Notes: generated by a model not told the origin, from the letters alone. 64,000 nucleotides of DNA from an uncultured Pirellulaceae bacterium (GCA_937967505.1 CALCJM010000020.1:2131-66130); one strand, 5' to 3'; shown: positions 51,320 through 60,894, counted from the first letter of the stretch. Program-made: numbers and translations.

Positions 51320-51614
51320 GTACGGATACCGAATACGGGTGGCGGCGACTGAGGGAAACGATAGTCGACGACATAGTCGTGGAGTGGATTCCACACCCAA
51401 TTTTAGTGGTTTGGGGCAGGCGATTTGCCAGGAAGGTGACGTCGCCCACACCCTGAGTTCAGGCAAAGGATTTGCTGTACACCAATAAACGGCCCTCCAT
51501 TTCAGGATTTGGAACGGGAGTTTTGACGGGACGCAGGACGGGTTTCCGTGGTGTCACAGTTGGACATCGTTCAACGCAAGCGACGGTTGGCATGATGCCA
51601 TCCCGTCGTTTTTT
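51320..51614 (+). ncRNA. Candidate CsrB/RsmZ-like sRNA (5' end unknown)
   Basis: 12 GGA motifs in 51324-51564, several in hairpin loops, ending at an intrinsic terminator; no credible ORF. Confidence 0.5.
51580..51614 (+). terminator. Intrinsic terminator
   Basis: GCGACGG-T-TGGCA-TGA-TGCCA-TC-CCGTCGT with a T6 run at 51609-51614. Confidence 0.75.
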
Positions 51615-51634
51615 GGTTCTGGGAGTGCTTTGCA

Positions 51635-52444
51635 ATGGTACGATGTCTGATCGGTTTTGGCAGCAACTCCGGGGATCTGCAATCGTGGTTCGAGCAGTCC
51701 ATCGGTCTGCTAAAACAAAACCCCAAGATTGACCGGATACGCCATTGCCCACCGGTAAGAACCCGAGCGGTGCTCGGACGCAGTGACACCGAAACATTGG
51801 CGGCCTCCGAATACCTTAACAGTGTTATCTCACTTGAAACCAGCCTCGATGCCGTTGGATTATTCAAGTTGACCCGTGCGATTGAAACGCAGCTTGGACG
51901 TGTCCGGGGGGATCGCTGGTCCGCGCGGACGGTTGATCTGGACATTCTGTTGTTTGGTGATCAAGTGATTGAGACGCCGCAGCTGATTGTGCCTCACCCA
52001 CGGATGGCGTTTCGAGGGTTTGTGCTTCAGGGAGCGATGGAGATCGCGGCAGATATGGTCCACCCACTTTCGGGGGTGACGATTGAGACGCTGTGGGACA
52101 GAATTCGTTCCGCTCCGCGCAAGATGTTGTGGTTGGTCGCCGACGACGAAGCGCTCAATGCCGCCCGGGTGATTCGCCATCAATTGAAAACCGACGCCAA
52201 AACGCTGTTGACCGTTGGCGGTCAATACTGGGAAATCGAAATCTGTTTGCAGTTGCCCGCCACTGCGTTGATCGAACAGGGAATCTTGCCGGAACAATAC
52301 GCGTTGCTGTTGTATACAGGCAGTGCGTCAACGTATAGAGAAGCTGCCCGATGGTTTGCCGGCCCGACGTTGAATTTGGTACACAGCGCCCCTGACTTCC
52401 TCCAACGAGAAATTGCGGCTGCGGTGGAGGCGATGCCCCTTTAG
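51635..52444 (+). CDS. folK: 2-amino-4-hydroxy-6-hydroxymethyldihydropteridine pyrophosphokinase with a C-terminal extension
   Basis: GFGSN, YLNSV, IETQLGRVR..RWSARTVDLDILL and PHPRM..RGFVL. Confidence 0.9.
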   Translation: MVRCLIGFGSNSGDLQSWFEQSIGLLKQNPKIDRIRHCPPVRTRAVLGRSDTETLAASEYLNSVISLETSLDAVGLFKLTRAIETQLGRVRGDRWSARTVDLDILLFGDQVIETPQLIVPHPRMAFRGFVLQGAMEIAADMVHPLSGVTIETLWDRIRSAPRKMLWLVADDEALNAARVIRHQLKTDAKTLLTVGGQYWEIEICLQLPATALIEQGILPEQYALLLYTGSASTYREAARWFAGPTLNLVHSAPDFLQREIAAAVEAMPL

Positions 52445-52612
52445 ATGCTTGAAGCTTTGGGCTCTCAGCGTGGTGCCTTAAGCTTTCGGCAAAAGCACTT
52501 GAGAAAATACCTCCGCACAGTGGCCAAATAATTTCAGCCCCCCCGATACGCGGCCGCACAGTAGCGAGAGGGTTCTCGGTCCACGTCAGCGCGACGGGTG
52601 AGCATTGCCTCC

Positions 52613-52648
52613 TTAGACTTAGGCTTAAGCTTAGGCTTAGGCTTAGGT
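52613..52648 (+). repeat. Six tandem TTAGGC-like hexamers
   Basis: TTAGAC TTAGGC TTAAGC TTAGGC TTAGGC TTAGGT, abutting MITE copy 3. Confidence 0.9.
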
Positions 52649-52742
52649 AGTTGAAAGCTTACCGTTGGCGACGCTGTCCGCTTCGCTCCAACGCTGGTAG
52701 CGTCGCCAATGGATGGCAAATTTCTAACTGCCAGTCGCCTTA
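52643..52742 (-). mobile_element. Palindromic MITE-like element, copy 3
   Basis: Reverse complement reads TAAGGCGACTGGCAGTTAGAAATTTGCCATCCATTGGCGACGCT...AGCGTCGCCAACGGTAAGCTTTCAACTACCTAA. Confidence 0.75.
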
Positions 52743-52915
52743 AAGGTTGCGAAGTTGATGAAATCAACAGGCCCCATTGCTCCGGGGGGTTACTGGAGGC
52801 TGGAAATCATCGGCAGGTGGAGTCATAATATGACACGCCGTCGATTGCCGCCCCGAACTTGGGGATCGGCTCCCCGCGCAGCCCCGCCCACTTTAAAATC
52901 TTCGAGAGCCCATTC

Positions 52916-54391
52916 ATGAACATCGTCCTCGCCAGCAGCGAAGTCGTTCCCTTTGCAAAAACGGGTGGTTTGGCGGATGTCTGCGGTTCACTGCCCCAGC
53001 AGTTGTCTGCACTGGGAAATCGCGTCAGTATTTTTTTACCGGGATATCGTCCGGTGGTCTACGGAGACTTCACGCTTTACGAAACCGGCATCAAGCTGGA
53101 GATTCCGCTGGGGCACAAGGTCGTGGAAGGAAGGTTGCTCCGCACCACGTTGCCCGGCAGTGCGGTTGAGGTCTGGGTGGTGGCGCAGGACGAATACTTT
53201 GACCGGGACGCGTTGTACGGTGAAAAGGGCAGTGACTACGAGGATAACTGCGAGCGATTCGTTTTCTTTAGTCGCAGCATTTTGGAAGCAGTCAGGATGC
53301 TGGATCTAAAGCCCGACATCATTCACGCCAACGACTGGCAGACCGGCCTGATTCCGGCGTTGTTGAAAGAAGAGTACTTCTCCAATCCTCTCTACGAAAA
53401 TATTGCGTCGCTGATCACGATTCATAATCTTGCCTATCAGGGAGTTTTTCCTGCCGAACAGATGGCGCTGACAGGGCTGGACTGGAAACATTTTCACCAC
53501 ACGCAAATGGAATACTGGGGGCAGTTGAATTTGCTGAAGACCGGAATCGTGTTCGCCGACGCAATCAACACCGTCAGTCCAACCTACGCCAGAGAGATTC
53601 AGACTGCTGAACAGGGATGTGGACTCGAAGGGGTCTTGGTTGATCGGTCGGACTGCCTGTCGGGGATACTTAACGGGATTGACACCGCCGTCTGGAGCCC
53701 GGAGTCTGACACGCTGATTCCTGCCAATTTCTCAATTGACAACTGGCCGCAGGGCAAATCAGTTTGTAAACAACATTTGCAGAAGCTGTTCGGGTTGGAG
53801 GAGGACGCCAACAAACCATTGATCGGAATTGTCGGCCGGTTGGCGTCACAAAAAGGCTGGGCGATGATCCTACAGGTCATGAGACAGTGGCTTGATCAGC
53901 GCGACGTGCAGTGGGTTGTGCTGGGGACCGGGGATCCCGAGTACCATACAATCCTGACCAGTCTCTACCAGACACATCCGCACAAGTTGGGGTTGCGATT
54001 GGGATTCTCCAATGAACTGGCGCATCAGATTGAGGCGGGGGCGGACATCTTTCTCATGCCCAGCCAATACGAACCGTGCGGTTTGAACCAGATGTACAGC
54101 ATGGCCTATGGAACGGTGCCGGTCGTTCGAAAAACGGGCGGGCTGGCCGATACTGTTATCGATGTTGATGATGCATCCGATGATCAAGCAGCCAACGGAT
54201 TTGTATTTGAGGAGTTTGAATCATTGGCACTCGAACGCGCGGTGCACCGGGCGGTTGATGTTTACTGTAGTGATAAGGAGCGCTGGCGGTCATTGGTACG
54301 CGCCGCAATGCAACGCGACTGGTCATGGGCCGCCAGTGCGAGGGCCTATCAGAGCCTGTACGAGGAAACGGTAGCACGCAAACGTCTGTGA
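52916..54391 (+). CDS. glgA: Glycogen synthase
   Basis: KTGGLADV, HANDWQT, TIHNLAYQG, EPCGLNQ and KTGGLADT. Confidence 0.96.
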   Translation: MNIVLASSEVVPFAKTGGLADVCGSLPQQLSALGNRVSIFLPGYRPVVYGDFTLYETGIKLEIPLGHKVVEGRLLRTTLPGSAVEVWVVAQDEYFDRDALYGEKGSDYEDNCERFVFFSRSILEAVRMLDLKPDIIHANDWQTGLIPALLKEEYFSNPLYENIASLITIHNLAYQGVFPAEQMALTGLDWKHFHHTQMEYWGQLNLLKTGIVFADAINTVSPTYAREIQTAEQGCGLEGVLVDRSDCLSGILNGIDTAVWSPESDTLIPANFSIDNWPQGKSVCKQHLQKLFGLEEDANKPLIGIVGRLASQKGWAMILQVMRQWLDQRDVQWVVLGTGDPEYHTILTSLYQTHPHKLGLRLGFSNELAHQIEAGADIFLMPSQYEPCGLNQMYSMAYGTVPVVRKTGGLADTVIDVDDASDDQAANGFVFEEFESLALERAVHRAVDVYCSDKERWRSLVRAAMQRDWSWAASARAYQSLYEETVARKRL

Positions 54392-54620
54392 TTTTCAGGA
54401 AGCCGAAAGAGCGTGCCGGGCACGGGACTGGGTGATTGCGCTGGTTTTCGTACGCCAACAAGGTTTTTCGTGAGACGATAGACTGCTTTTACCGTCTGTA
54501 GGGCCGCCACTCCGGACACCCCGGTGGAGTCGCCGTGGACGCACCGGGTTTTTTCATTGCCAATCGCGCGAGTCGAGTTTAAATTGGGAAGGTTCCTACC
54601 CGTTCTTCCCGCAGGATTCT

Positions 54621-55661
54621 ATGTCAGATTTGCGATTCGATCCGGTTTCCGGTCTGTGGACGCTGATTGCGCCACACCGGGATCATCGCCCAGTAGAACT
54701 GCTGCCGGTAGAAAAAGTTCGTAAACGCAGCATCTGTCCTTTTTGCGGTGGCAATGAATCGGAAACCCCAACCGCACTTGCTGTCTATGACTCTCAGGGC
54801 GTTGCACGAACCGACGGGCATTCCGACAACACCTGGCTGTCGCGCGTCGTACCCAACAAATATGCGTCCTTTGGCAAACTTGACGCCGGCAGTAACGGAC
54901 ATGTTTCCTCTGCGTGCGACCATCACGGTCCATTCCTGGCCTCCAGTCTGCACGGCCCGCAAGAGTTGGTGATCCCTACACCACGCCATGTCAGTTCATT
55001 GTCGGAGCTTGATGGTCACGAGACCCGTACGCTGTGGCACGCAGCGCAGGACAGGATCAACTCGATGCGGGCCGACGGGCTCGCGCGGCACGCAATGCTG
55101 TTTATGAATTGCCGGTCCCAAGCTGGAGCGTCGCTGGAACATGTTCATGTTCAGTTGATGGGATCGCCGGTTGTCACCGACTATCTGGCGGCACGAGTGC
55201 AACGCAACCGCGACAGCCTACAACGCGAAAATAAAACGCTGGTGGAAGCAGTGCTTGCCTGGGAACTGGGCGAGGACAAACGCATCGTTACTCAGTCAGA
55301 TAATTTTACGGTGTTGTGTCCGTTCGCCAGTCGATTCGCCTACCAGACCTGGATTGTGCCCAATCGGCGCGACGTTTCTTTCATGCAACTTGACGCTCGA
55401 CAACGGGACGAACTGGGGTTGCTGTGTCGATCGCTGACCGGCTGCTTGGAAGATCATCTTCATAATCCGGCCTACAACATGCTGTTGCAAATTGCCCCTT
55501 TTGAGAATTCAGCGGACGACCACTGGTACGTGGAGATCCTGCCCCGCACCACGCGATCAGCGGGTTTCGAATTGGGCACTGACGTCTGGGTCAATCCCAT
55601 GCCACCCGAATTGGCCGCCGAACAATTGAAGGTTGCTCAACAGGAATTCACAACGGGATAA
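54621..55661 (+). CDS. galT: GalT-family nucleotidyltransferase
   Basis: CPFC, VVPNKY, AGASLEHVHVQ and AGFELGT. Confidence 0.8.
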   Translation: MSDLRFDPVSGLWTLIAPHRDHRPVELLPVEKVRKRSICPFCGGNESETPTALAVYDSQGVARTDGHSDNTWLSRVVPNKYASFGKLDAGSNGHVSSACDHHGPFLASSLHGPQELVIPTPRHVSSLSELDGHETRTLWHAAQDRINSMRADGLARHAMLFMNCRSQAGASLEHVHVQLMGSPVVTDYLAARVQRNRDSLQRENKTLVEAVLAWELGEDKRIVTQSDNFTVLCPFASRFAYQTWIVPNRRDVSFMQLDARQRDELGLLCRSLTGCLEDHLHNPAYNMLLQIAPFENSADDHWYVEILPRTTRSAGFELGTDVWVNPMPPELAAEQLKVAQQEFTTG

Positions 55662-55878
55662 CCATCGCCATCCAGTTTTTTACCGGATTCGGTCCCGCTG
55701 GTTTCATCGCCGGTATTGTCAAAGTTTACTGGTCGATAGGAATGGGCGATTGCGTAGGGTTGAAAGTTTTTTCGTTCTCCAACCCAATCTCTCTATTAGA
55801 CCGGCTATAACGCGGGTAAATTTAAACCACGGCCTTTGCGGCCGATGTATCCCCAGCGCGTATCCCCGGTTCTGATTT

Positions 55879-58050
55879 ATGAACAGCCCACAAATTCAGC
55901 TCTGCCTGGTGCTTCACAACCACCAGCCCATCGGTAACTTCGACGGCGTCTTCGAAGCAGCCTATCAGGACAGCTACCTGCCATTCTTGGACATCTTTGA
56001 ACCCTTTAAGCATTTGAATATCGCGCTGCATACCAGTGGCCCGCTGATGCAATGGCTTCAGGAGAAGCATCCGGAATACCTCAGCCGTATCGCCCACTTG
56101 GTCGATGCCGGGCGGGTCGAAATTATCGGTGGAGCATTCTACGAACCGATCCTGACCATGATTCCCGAACGTGATCGTGTGGGGCAAATTTCCCAGTTCT
56201 CCAGTTGGCTCAAGTCGCGTGTTTGTAATGACGTGAAAGGTATGTGGATTCCGGAACGCGTCTGGGAATCGTGTCTGACAACATCGATCGCTGATGCGGG
56301 TATCAACTACACGGTCTTAGACGACTATCACTTTCGACAGGCCAGTGTTGATGAAGAACAACTGTCAGGATACTACGTCGTCGAAGACCAGGGGCGTGTC
56401 GTGAACGTGTTCCCCGGCAGCGAGCACTTGCGTTATCTGATTCCATTTTCTGAACCCGCAGAAACGATCGAGTACTGCCGTCAATGGGCCGAAAAGAGTC
56501 CGGGGGCAGTGCTGGTGTTCGGTGACGATGGCGAGAAATTCGGCACGTGGCCCAACACTAAAAAACATGTCTATGAAGATGGTTGGTTAAAGAAGTTTTT
56601 CCAGGCACTCACTGACAACAGGGACTGGCTGGCGACAACCACGCTGGGGCATGCGATCGCCACCACCGCACCCAAAGGCAAGATCTACCTGCCCGATGCC
56701 AGCTATCGGGAGATGACCGAATGGGCTCAACCGGTTCCCAAACAAGTTCAATACGATGATCTGGTTCACGACTTTGAGTCGCATCCGCAATGGAAACGTA
56801 TTCAGCAGTTTTTGACCGGTGGTTTCTGGCGGAATTTCAAGGTCAAGTATCCCGAAACCAATCAGATGTATGCGCGGATGATGTACGTCAGCAATTTGCT
56901 GCACAAGGCCGTCACCGGGCAAACCTGCAGCCGGCAGGTAGTCGATGCGGCACGCGATCACTTGTATCGTGGTCAGTGCAATTGCAGCTACTGGCACGGT
57001 GCGTTCGGTGGCGTGTATCTCCCGCATTTGCGAAATGCTGTCTATCACCACCTGTTAATTGCAGAACGTGTATTGGAGTCTGCGACACGCCCGGAAAGTC
57101 AATGGGTTGAAGCGGCCTCGGGTGACTATAACTTTGACGGACGACAGGAAGTACGACTGGCCAATGAACAGATTGGTTGTTGGATCGCGCCGGCACAGGG
57201 AGGGCAAATTTACGAACTGGATTTAATGACCATTGGGCACAATCTGGGAGCGGCCATGCAACGCCGACCCGAACTTTACCATACGAAAGTACTCCAGGGC
57301 GAAAATGAAAACTCCGATACAGCGGCCAGCATCCACGATCAGGTCATCTTCAAACAGGAGGGATTGGACGAACGACTCCAGTACGACCTGCAACTGCGGA
57401 ACAGCGTGATTGATCACTTCTGGGACGAAAATGTAACGGCCGAATTGTTGATGGGTAGTCACGCAATGGAGCGTGGCGATTTCGCGACCGGCGATTATCA
57501 GGCAAAGATTCGCCGCAACCCCGACCGGATCCAAGTCATGCTGACACGTGATGGCAACGCGTGGGGAGTACCTTTGAAAATTACAAAAGGAATCACGCAG
57601 GCTGCCGGATCATCACAGGTCGAGATTGTTTATTTGATCGAGGGATTGCCGCAGGATCGGACCATGCACTTTGGTGTGGAATTTAACTTTGCCGGCCTTC
57701 CCGATGGTCAGGATGATCGTTACTTCTCCAACCGCGAGGGCGATAAACTGGGGCCAATGGAAACGCTGTTGGATCTGAAGCAAACGGATCGGCTAAATTT
57801 GACCGACGCTTGGTTAGGTGTGGATGTCGGTCTGGCCTTCGCACAGCCAACCGATGTGTTCACTTATCCGGTGCAGTCGGTTAGCCAGTCAGAGTCCGGA
57901 TTTGAAGCGGTTCACCAGGCCGTTTGTGTTCAGCCTCACTGGATCATACGTGGTGATTCAAGAGGGTGTTGGTCGGGCCGCATTACACTGGATTTGCAAA
58001 CCGACACCGCCAAGCATATTGCGGCCGATCAGGAAGCCATTTCGGTTTAG
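55879..58050 (+). CDS. GH57 alpha-amylase / 4-alpha-glucanotransferase
   Basis: HNHQP, YEPIL, WIPERVWE, GDDGEKFG and YWHGAFGGVYLPHLR. Confidence 0.93.
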   Translation: MNSPQIQLCLVLHNHQPIGNFDGVFEAAYQDSYLPFLDIFEPFKHLNIALHTSGPLMQWLQEKHPEYLSRIAHLVDAGRVEIIGGAFYEPILTMIPERDRVGQISQFSSWLKSRVCNDVKGMWIPERVWESCLTTSIADAGINYTVLDDYHFRQASVDEEQLSGYYVVEDQGRVVNVFPGSEHLRYLIPFSEPAETIEYCRQWAEKSPGAVLVFGDDGEKFGTWPNTKKHVYEDGWLKKFFQALTDNRDWLATTTLGHAIATTAPKGKIYLPDASYREMTEWAQPVPKQVQYDDLVHDFESHPQWKRIQQFLTGGFWRNFKVKYPETNQMYARMMYVSNLLHKAVTGQTCSRQVVDAARDHLYRGQCNCSYWHGAFGGVYLPHLRNAVYHHLLIAERVLESATRPESQWVEAASGDYNFDGRQEVRLANEQIGCWIAPAQGGQIYELDLMTIGHNLGAAMQRRPELYHTKVLQGENENSDTAASIHDQVIFKQEGLDERLQYDLQLRNSVIDHFWDENVTAELLMGSHAMERGDFATGDYQAKIRRNPDRIQVMLTRDGNAWGVPLKITKGITQAAGSSQVEIVYLIEGLPQDRTMHFGVEFNFAGLPDGQDDRYFSNREGDKLGPMETLLDLKQTDRLNLTDAWLGVDVGLAFAQPTDVFTYPVQSVSQSESGFEAVHQAVCVQPHWIIRGDSRGCWSGRITLDLQTDTAKHIAADQEAISV

Positions 58051-58065
58051 CCGTTTGTGTAAAAT

Positions 58066-58176
58066 CCAACTACCGTCACCAGACGGTGGAGAGTATAGGT
58101 AAATTTCTGCCTTCCTCTTCCTTGCCCCGTTGGCCACTTGAATGAGAGGCTGCCACGCTCTGGCCAGCATACCTCC
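58066..58176. repeat. Degenerate inverted REP-like doublet
   Basis: CTACCGTCACCAGACGGTGG (+) and CCACGCTCTGGCCAGCATA (type B on -) between convergent genes. Confidence 0.65.
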
Positions 58177-58194
58177 ACATTGCCTCTCGCACTG

Positions 58195-59868
58195 TTATGA
58201 GGTCAGATCGACCACCGGCATCGCCACGCCCGGCGCGATGACCTTCACGCGGGGCAGCATTTTCCCGGACTCGCTTGACAAAGCATCATCGTCATCCGCA
58301 GATGCTTCTTCGGAGACTGCATCGGCGGTCTGTCCGGCGGCGATGACTTCGAACATGGTTCGGTAGCGGACCACGCGATTACGCCCGGCCGATTTGGCAG
58401 CGTACAGTGCCTGGTCGGCATTGGACAGCAACCGGTCGATCGAATCATTGTCATCCGGATAGCACGCCATGCCAATGGACGCGGTGACGTTGCCCAGTGG
58501 TTGTTTGCCCAGGATCACAACCATTTCTGAAATCTTGCGCCGGATCTCCTCGGCCCGAACGACGGCATCTTCCTCACAGGAATCAATCAGCGCGATCAGG
58601 AATTCTTCGCCACCGTAGCGGCACGTAATGTCGGCACTTCTGGCTGACTGTCGTAGAACAATCCCCAGTTCACGCAAAACCAGATCACCCGCCTCGTGGC
58701 CGTAGGTGTCATTGAATCGTTTGAAGTTGTCAACGTCCAGCATCAGCAGGACGATCGAACTGCCGTCCCGACCGGCGCGACAGAACTCACGTTCGAGATT
58801 ATCCAGCAAATAGCGGCGATTGAACAGTTGAGTCAGCGGATCGCGCGTAGACTGATGCTGCAGTGTTTCACGCAGTTTCAGGTTGGCGATGGCCAAGGCG
58901 ACCTGATCAGCAGTCGTTTGAGCCAATCGGTGGGCGCGTCCATTTTCACCGGTCAACTGGTCCTGCTGATGGAAGCAAATATTCAAAACACCGATGACCT
59001 CTCCGTAAGCCATCATGGGGATACAGGCATAACCAAATTTGATTTTGCAGTTACGGCTGTTGGGGCACAGTGAACCATCGCGACACGGTTGTTCCACATG
59101 CGTTTTGCCACGTCGCAACGCCCAACACTGGTCGGGGGAGAACATGCGATCCAAGGTTACCGAATCGCCCCAGAACGCAAACGGCTCTACGATATTTCTT
59201 GATTCACTGTACAGACAAATAGAAACCGACGCGTCAGGGAACAGTTTTCGGCCATAGCGTTTTAGAATTGGCAGTGTCTCATCGATCGACTTGCAGACCT
59301 GTAGGTTGTCATTGAATTCATTCAGCAATGAAATCTCCGATGATGACTGATTTAGTTGTCGATGAGATTCCTCAAGCTGATTCGATGCCTCGCGCTGTTC
59401 GGTAATATCGACCGTACTGCCAATATAGCCTACGAACTGTCCGTCAGCGGCATGTTGGGGTTCGCCCATATCCAGCACATGACGATAGCTACCGTCAAAA
59501 CGCTCCAGACGATATTCCATGCGAACGGATTTTTGGGATTTCAACGCTTCACCGGATTGCTTGAGGACCCAGTCGCGATCTTCGGGGTGGAGTTTTTTAT
59601 ACCACGCTTCAGAAAAATCGCATTCCGTGGTCAGACCGGCAAACCGGAGCCAGCGTTGGTTGTAATAGACCGGAGTGCCGTTTCGGTCGATGCACCATAG
59701 CATCGCTGGCGCATGATCAACAATTCGTTTCCAGAATGATTCGGGAGCCAGAGGAGCAGCCGTTTTATTGACGGGATCCTGGTTTGGTATCGCTCGAGCA
59801 TCCGGACCGGGTGTGGTTGACGGCTTGTTTGTGTTGTCGTTTGTTGCGTTGGCGCTGATGGTGGACAT
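58195..59868 (-). CDS. Diguanylate cyclase (PAS/PAC-GAF-GGDEF)
   Basis: LHPEDR, DITE, CWALRRG, DPLT, FKRFNDTYGH and RSAD-x5-GGEEF (I-site intact). Confidence 0.95.
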   Translation of the reverse strand: MSTISANATNDNTNKPSTTPGPDARAIPNQDPVNKTAAPLAPESFWKRIVDHAPAMLWCIDRNGTPVYYNQRWLRFAGLTTECDFSEAWYKKLHPEDRDWVLKQSGEALKSQKSVRMEYRLERFDGSYRHVLDMGEPQHAADGQFVGYIGSTVDITEQREASNQLEESHRQLNQSSSEISLLNEFNDNLQVCKSIDETLPILKRYGRKLFPDASVSICLYSESRNIVEPFAFWGDSVTLDRMFSPDQCWALRRGKTHVEQPCRDGSLCPNSRNCKIKFGYACIPMMAYGEVIGVLNICFHQQDQLTGENGRAHRLAQTTADQVALAIANLKLRETLQHQSTRDPLTQLFNRRYLLDNLEREFCRAGRDGSSIVLLMLDVDNFKRFNDTYGHEAGDLVLRELGIVLRQSARSADITCRYGGEEFLIALIDSCEEDAVVRAEEIRRKISEMVVILGKQPLGNVTASIGMACYPDDNDSIDRLLSNADQALYAAKSAGRNRVVRYRTMFEVIAAGQTADAVSEEASADDDDALSSESGKMLPRVKVIAPGVAMPVVDLTS

Positions 59869-60149
59869 TGCGTTGACTGCAATCGAGAGTGGTAGCGGGA
59901 GAGTGCGAGATGGTGATCCAGCGCACGTCGTTTCCTAAAGATAGAACTCTGTGAAGTTTTCCCAGCCACAAATGGGGGAAAATTAAGAGATTGTGAAGTC
60001 AATCTCTCAGCTAAAGACATACAAGTCGTACAAACCGAAGACCGATGATTGGTAGAATTGGCCCAAGCACTACAACGAGCATACTTTTTCGAAAAAGGTG
60101 TGGGGTTTTCCGACTCGAAAGCGTGCGAGAGGCAAATCGGTTTCTTGGC

Positions 60150-60535
60150 CACTCCCAGTGAATAAACAGACTACTTTGGCGGTCGCAAATACAACGTAAC
60201 CAAGCGATCGCTTGTCGGCGATGCTGACGCAAGTTGCGGTACTTGCGACGACACCAATTCACCAACTGAAAAGCAACACTCCACCGTTGAAAACGACGAC
60301 TCAATTCCCACTCGCGGATCGTGCTGCGGATTCGTTTCGAAGCCTTCAAGCTGATCGCTGGAAAGAAGTTGAAATTCCGCTTCCCCCGTCGAGTCTTCGC
60401 CATCCGACCACAAAACGTATAGCCCAGAAAGTCAAACGATGTCTCCGCATGTTTCTCGATCCGGTCTTTGTCCTTGCAGTAAACGATCTTGGTCTTCTCC
60501 GGATGCAGTTCAAGACCGCATTCCAATTACGCTCA
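60150..60535 (-). pseudogene. Group II intron reverse transcriptase/maturase remnant (3' RT and part of domain X)
   Basis: GLELHPEKTKIVYCKD, FDFLGYTF, PAIS, WCRRKY and LFIHW; the YADD region is absent and no domain V was seen. Confidence 0.85.
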
Positions 60536-60665
60536 CCACCATGGCTCTTGACCACAGCAGCTAATGGTGGTCTGTAGCCCGCTGCCGAAAGCCGACTGCG
60601 AGGGACCAATTCTGCACAACGTGCGAAAAACCTCATCTCAAACAAACATTGCCTGACACACCCCT

Positions 60666-60760
60666 CCATGGATCAGCGTCCCTGCGGCATTTCGTTCATC
60701 TGCTGAAACAATTACCAACCGTTCCCGAACTTTAAGCCGTTCTGGTTCCGTTGGAACATC
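60666..60760. repeat. About 95 bp imperfect direct repeat, copy A (copy B at 61461-61556)
   Basis: Shared blocks GATCAG, CCTGCGGC, CCAACCG, CGAACTT, AAGCCGTTCTGGTTC and TTGGAAC. Confidence 0.85.
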
Positions 60761-60875
60761 AACTCCAAGAAGTTCCGCCCGCATGGATAAAGCCTGCGTC
60801 TTCCAGCGTTTTACGAATGTGCGCTTCTGATCTCCCTTTCAGCTGCAGCAAACCTTCCGCTCCTCTAATTGGGGC
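60759..60875 (-). pseudogene. Truncated orphan toxin-tip fragment beginning at GCCCCAA
   Basis: APIRGAEGLLQLKGRSEAHIRKTLEDAGF...; no start codon; same junction as the two larger tips. Confidence 0.45.
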
Positions 60876-60894
60876 GTCAAGTCAAAAGTGCGAC

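Noticed and set aside
50990-51614. tmRNA, RNase P, SRP, 6S or a folate riboswitch as the identity of the intergenic RNA
   Set aside because: I could not find their hallmark sequences by eye; an Rfam scan is still needed.
50707-51732. Short ORFs in the def-folK gap (e.g. 50973-51305, 51256-51456)
   Set aside because: They have non-ATG starts, no RBS and no motifs; an RNA explanation fits better.
52613-52648. Eukaryotic (nematode-type) telomere contamination
   Set aside because: Only six degenerate units, internal, and identical to the terminus of the adjacent bacterial repeat.
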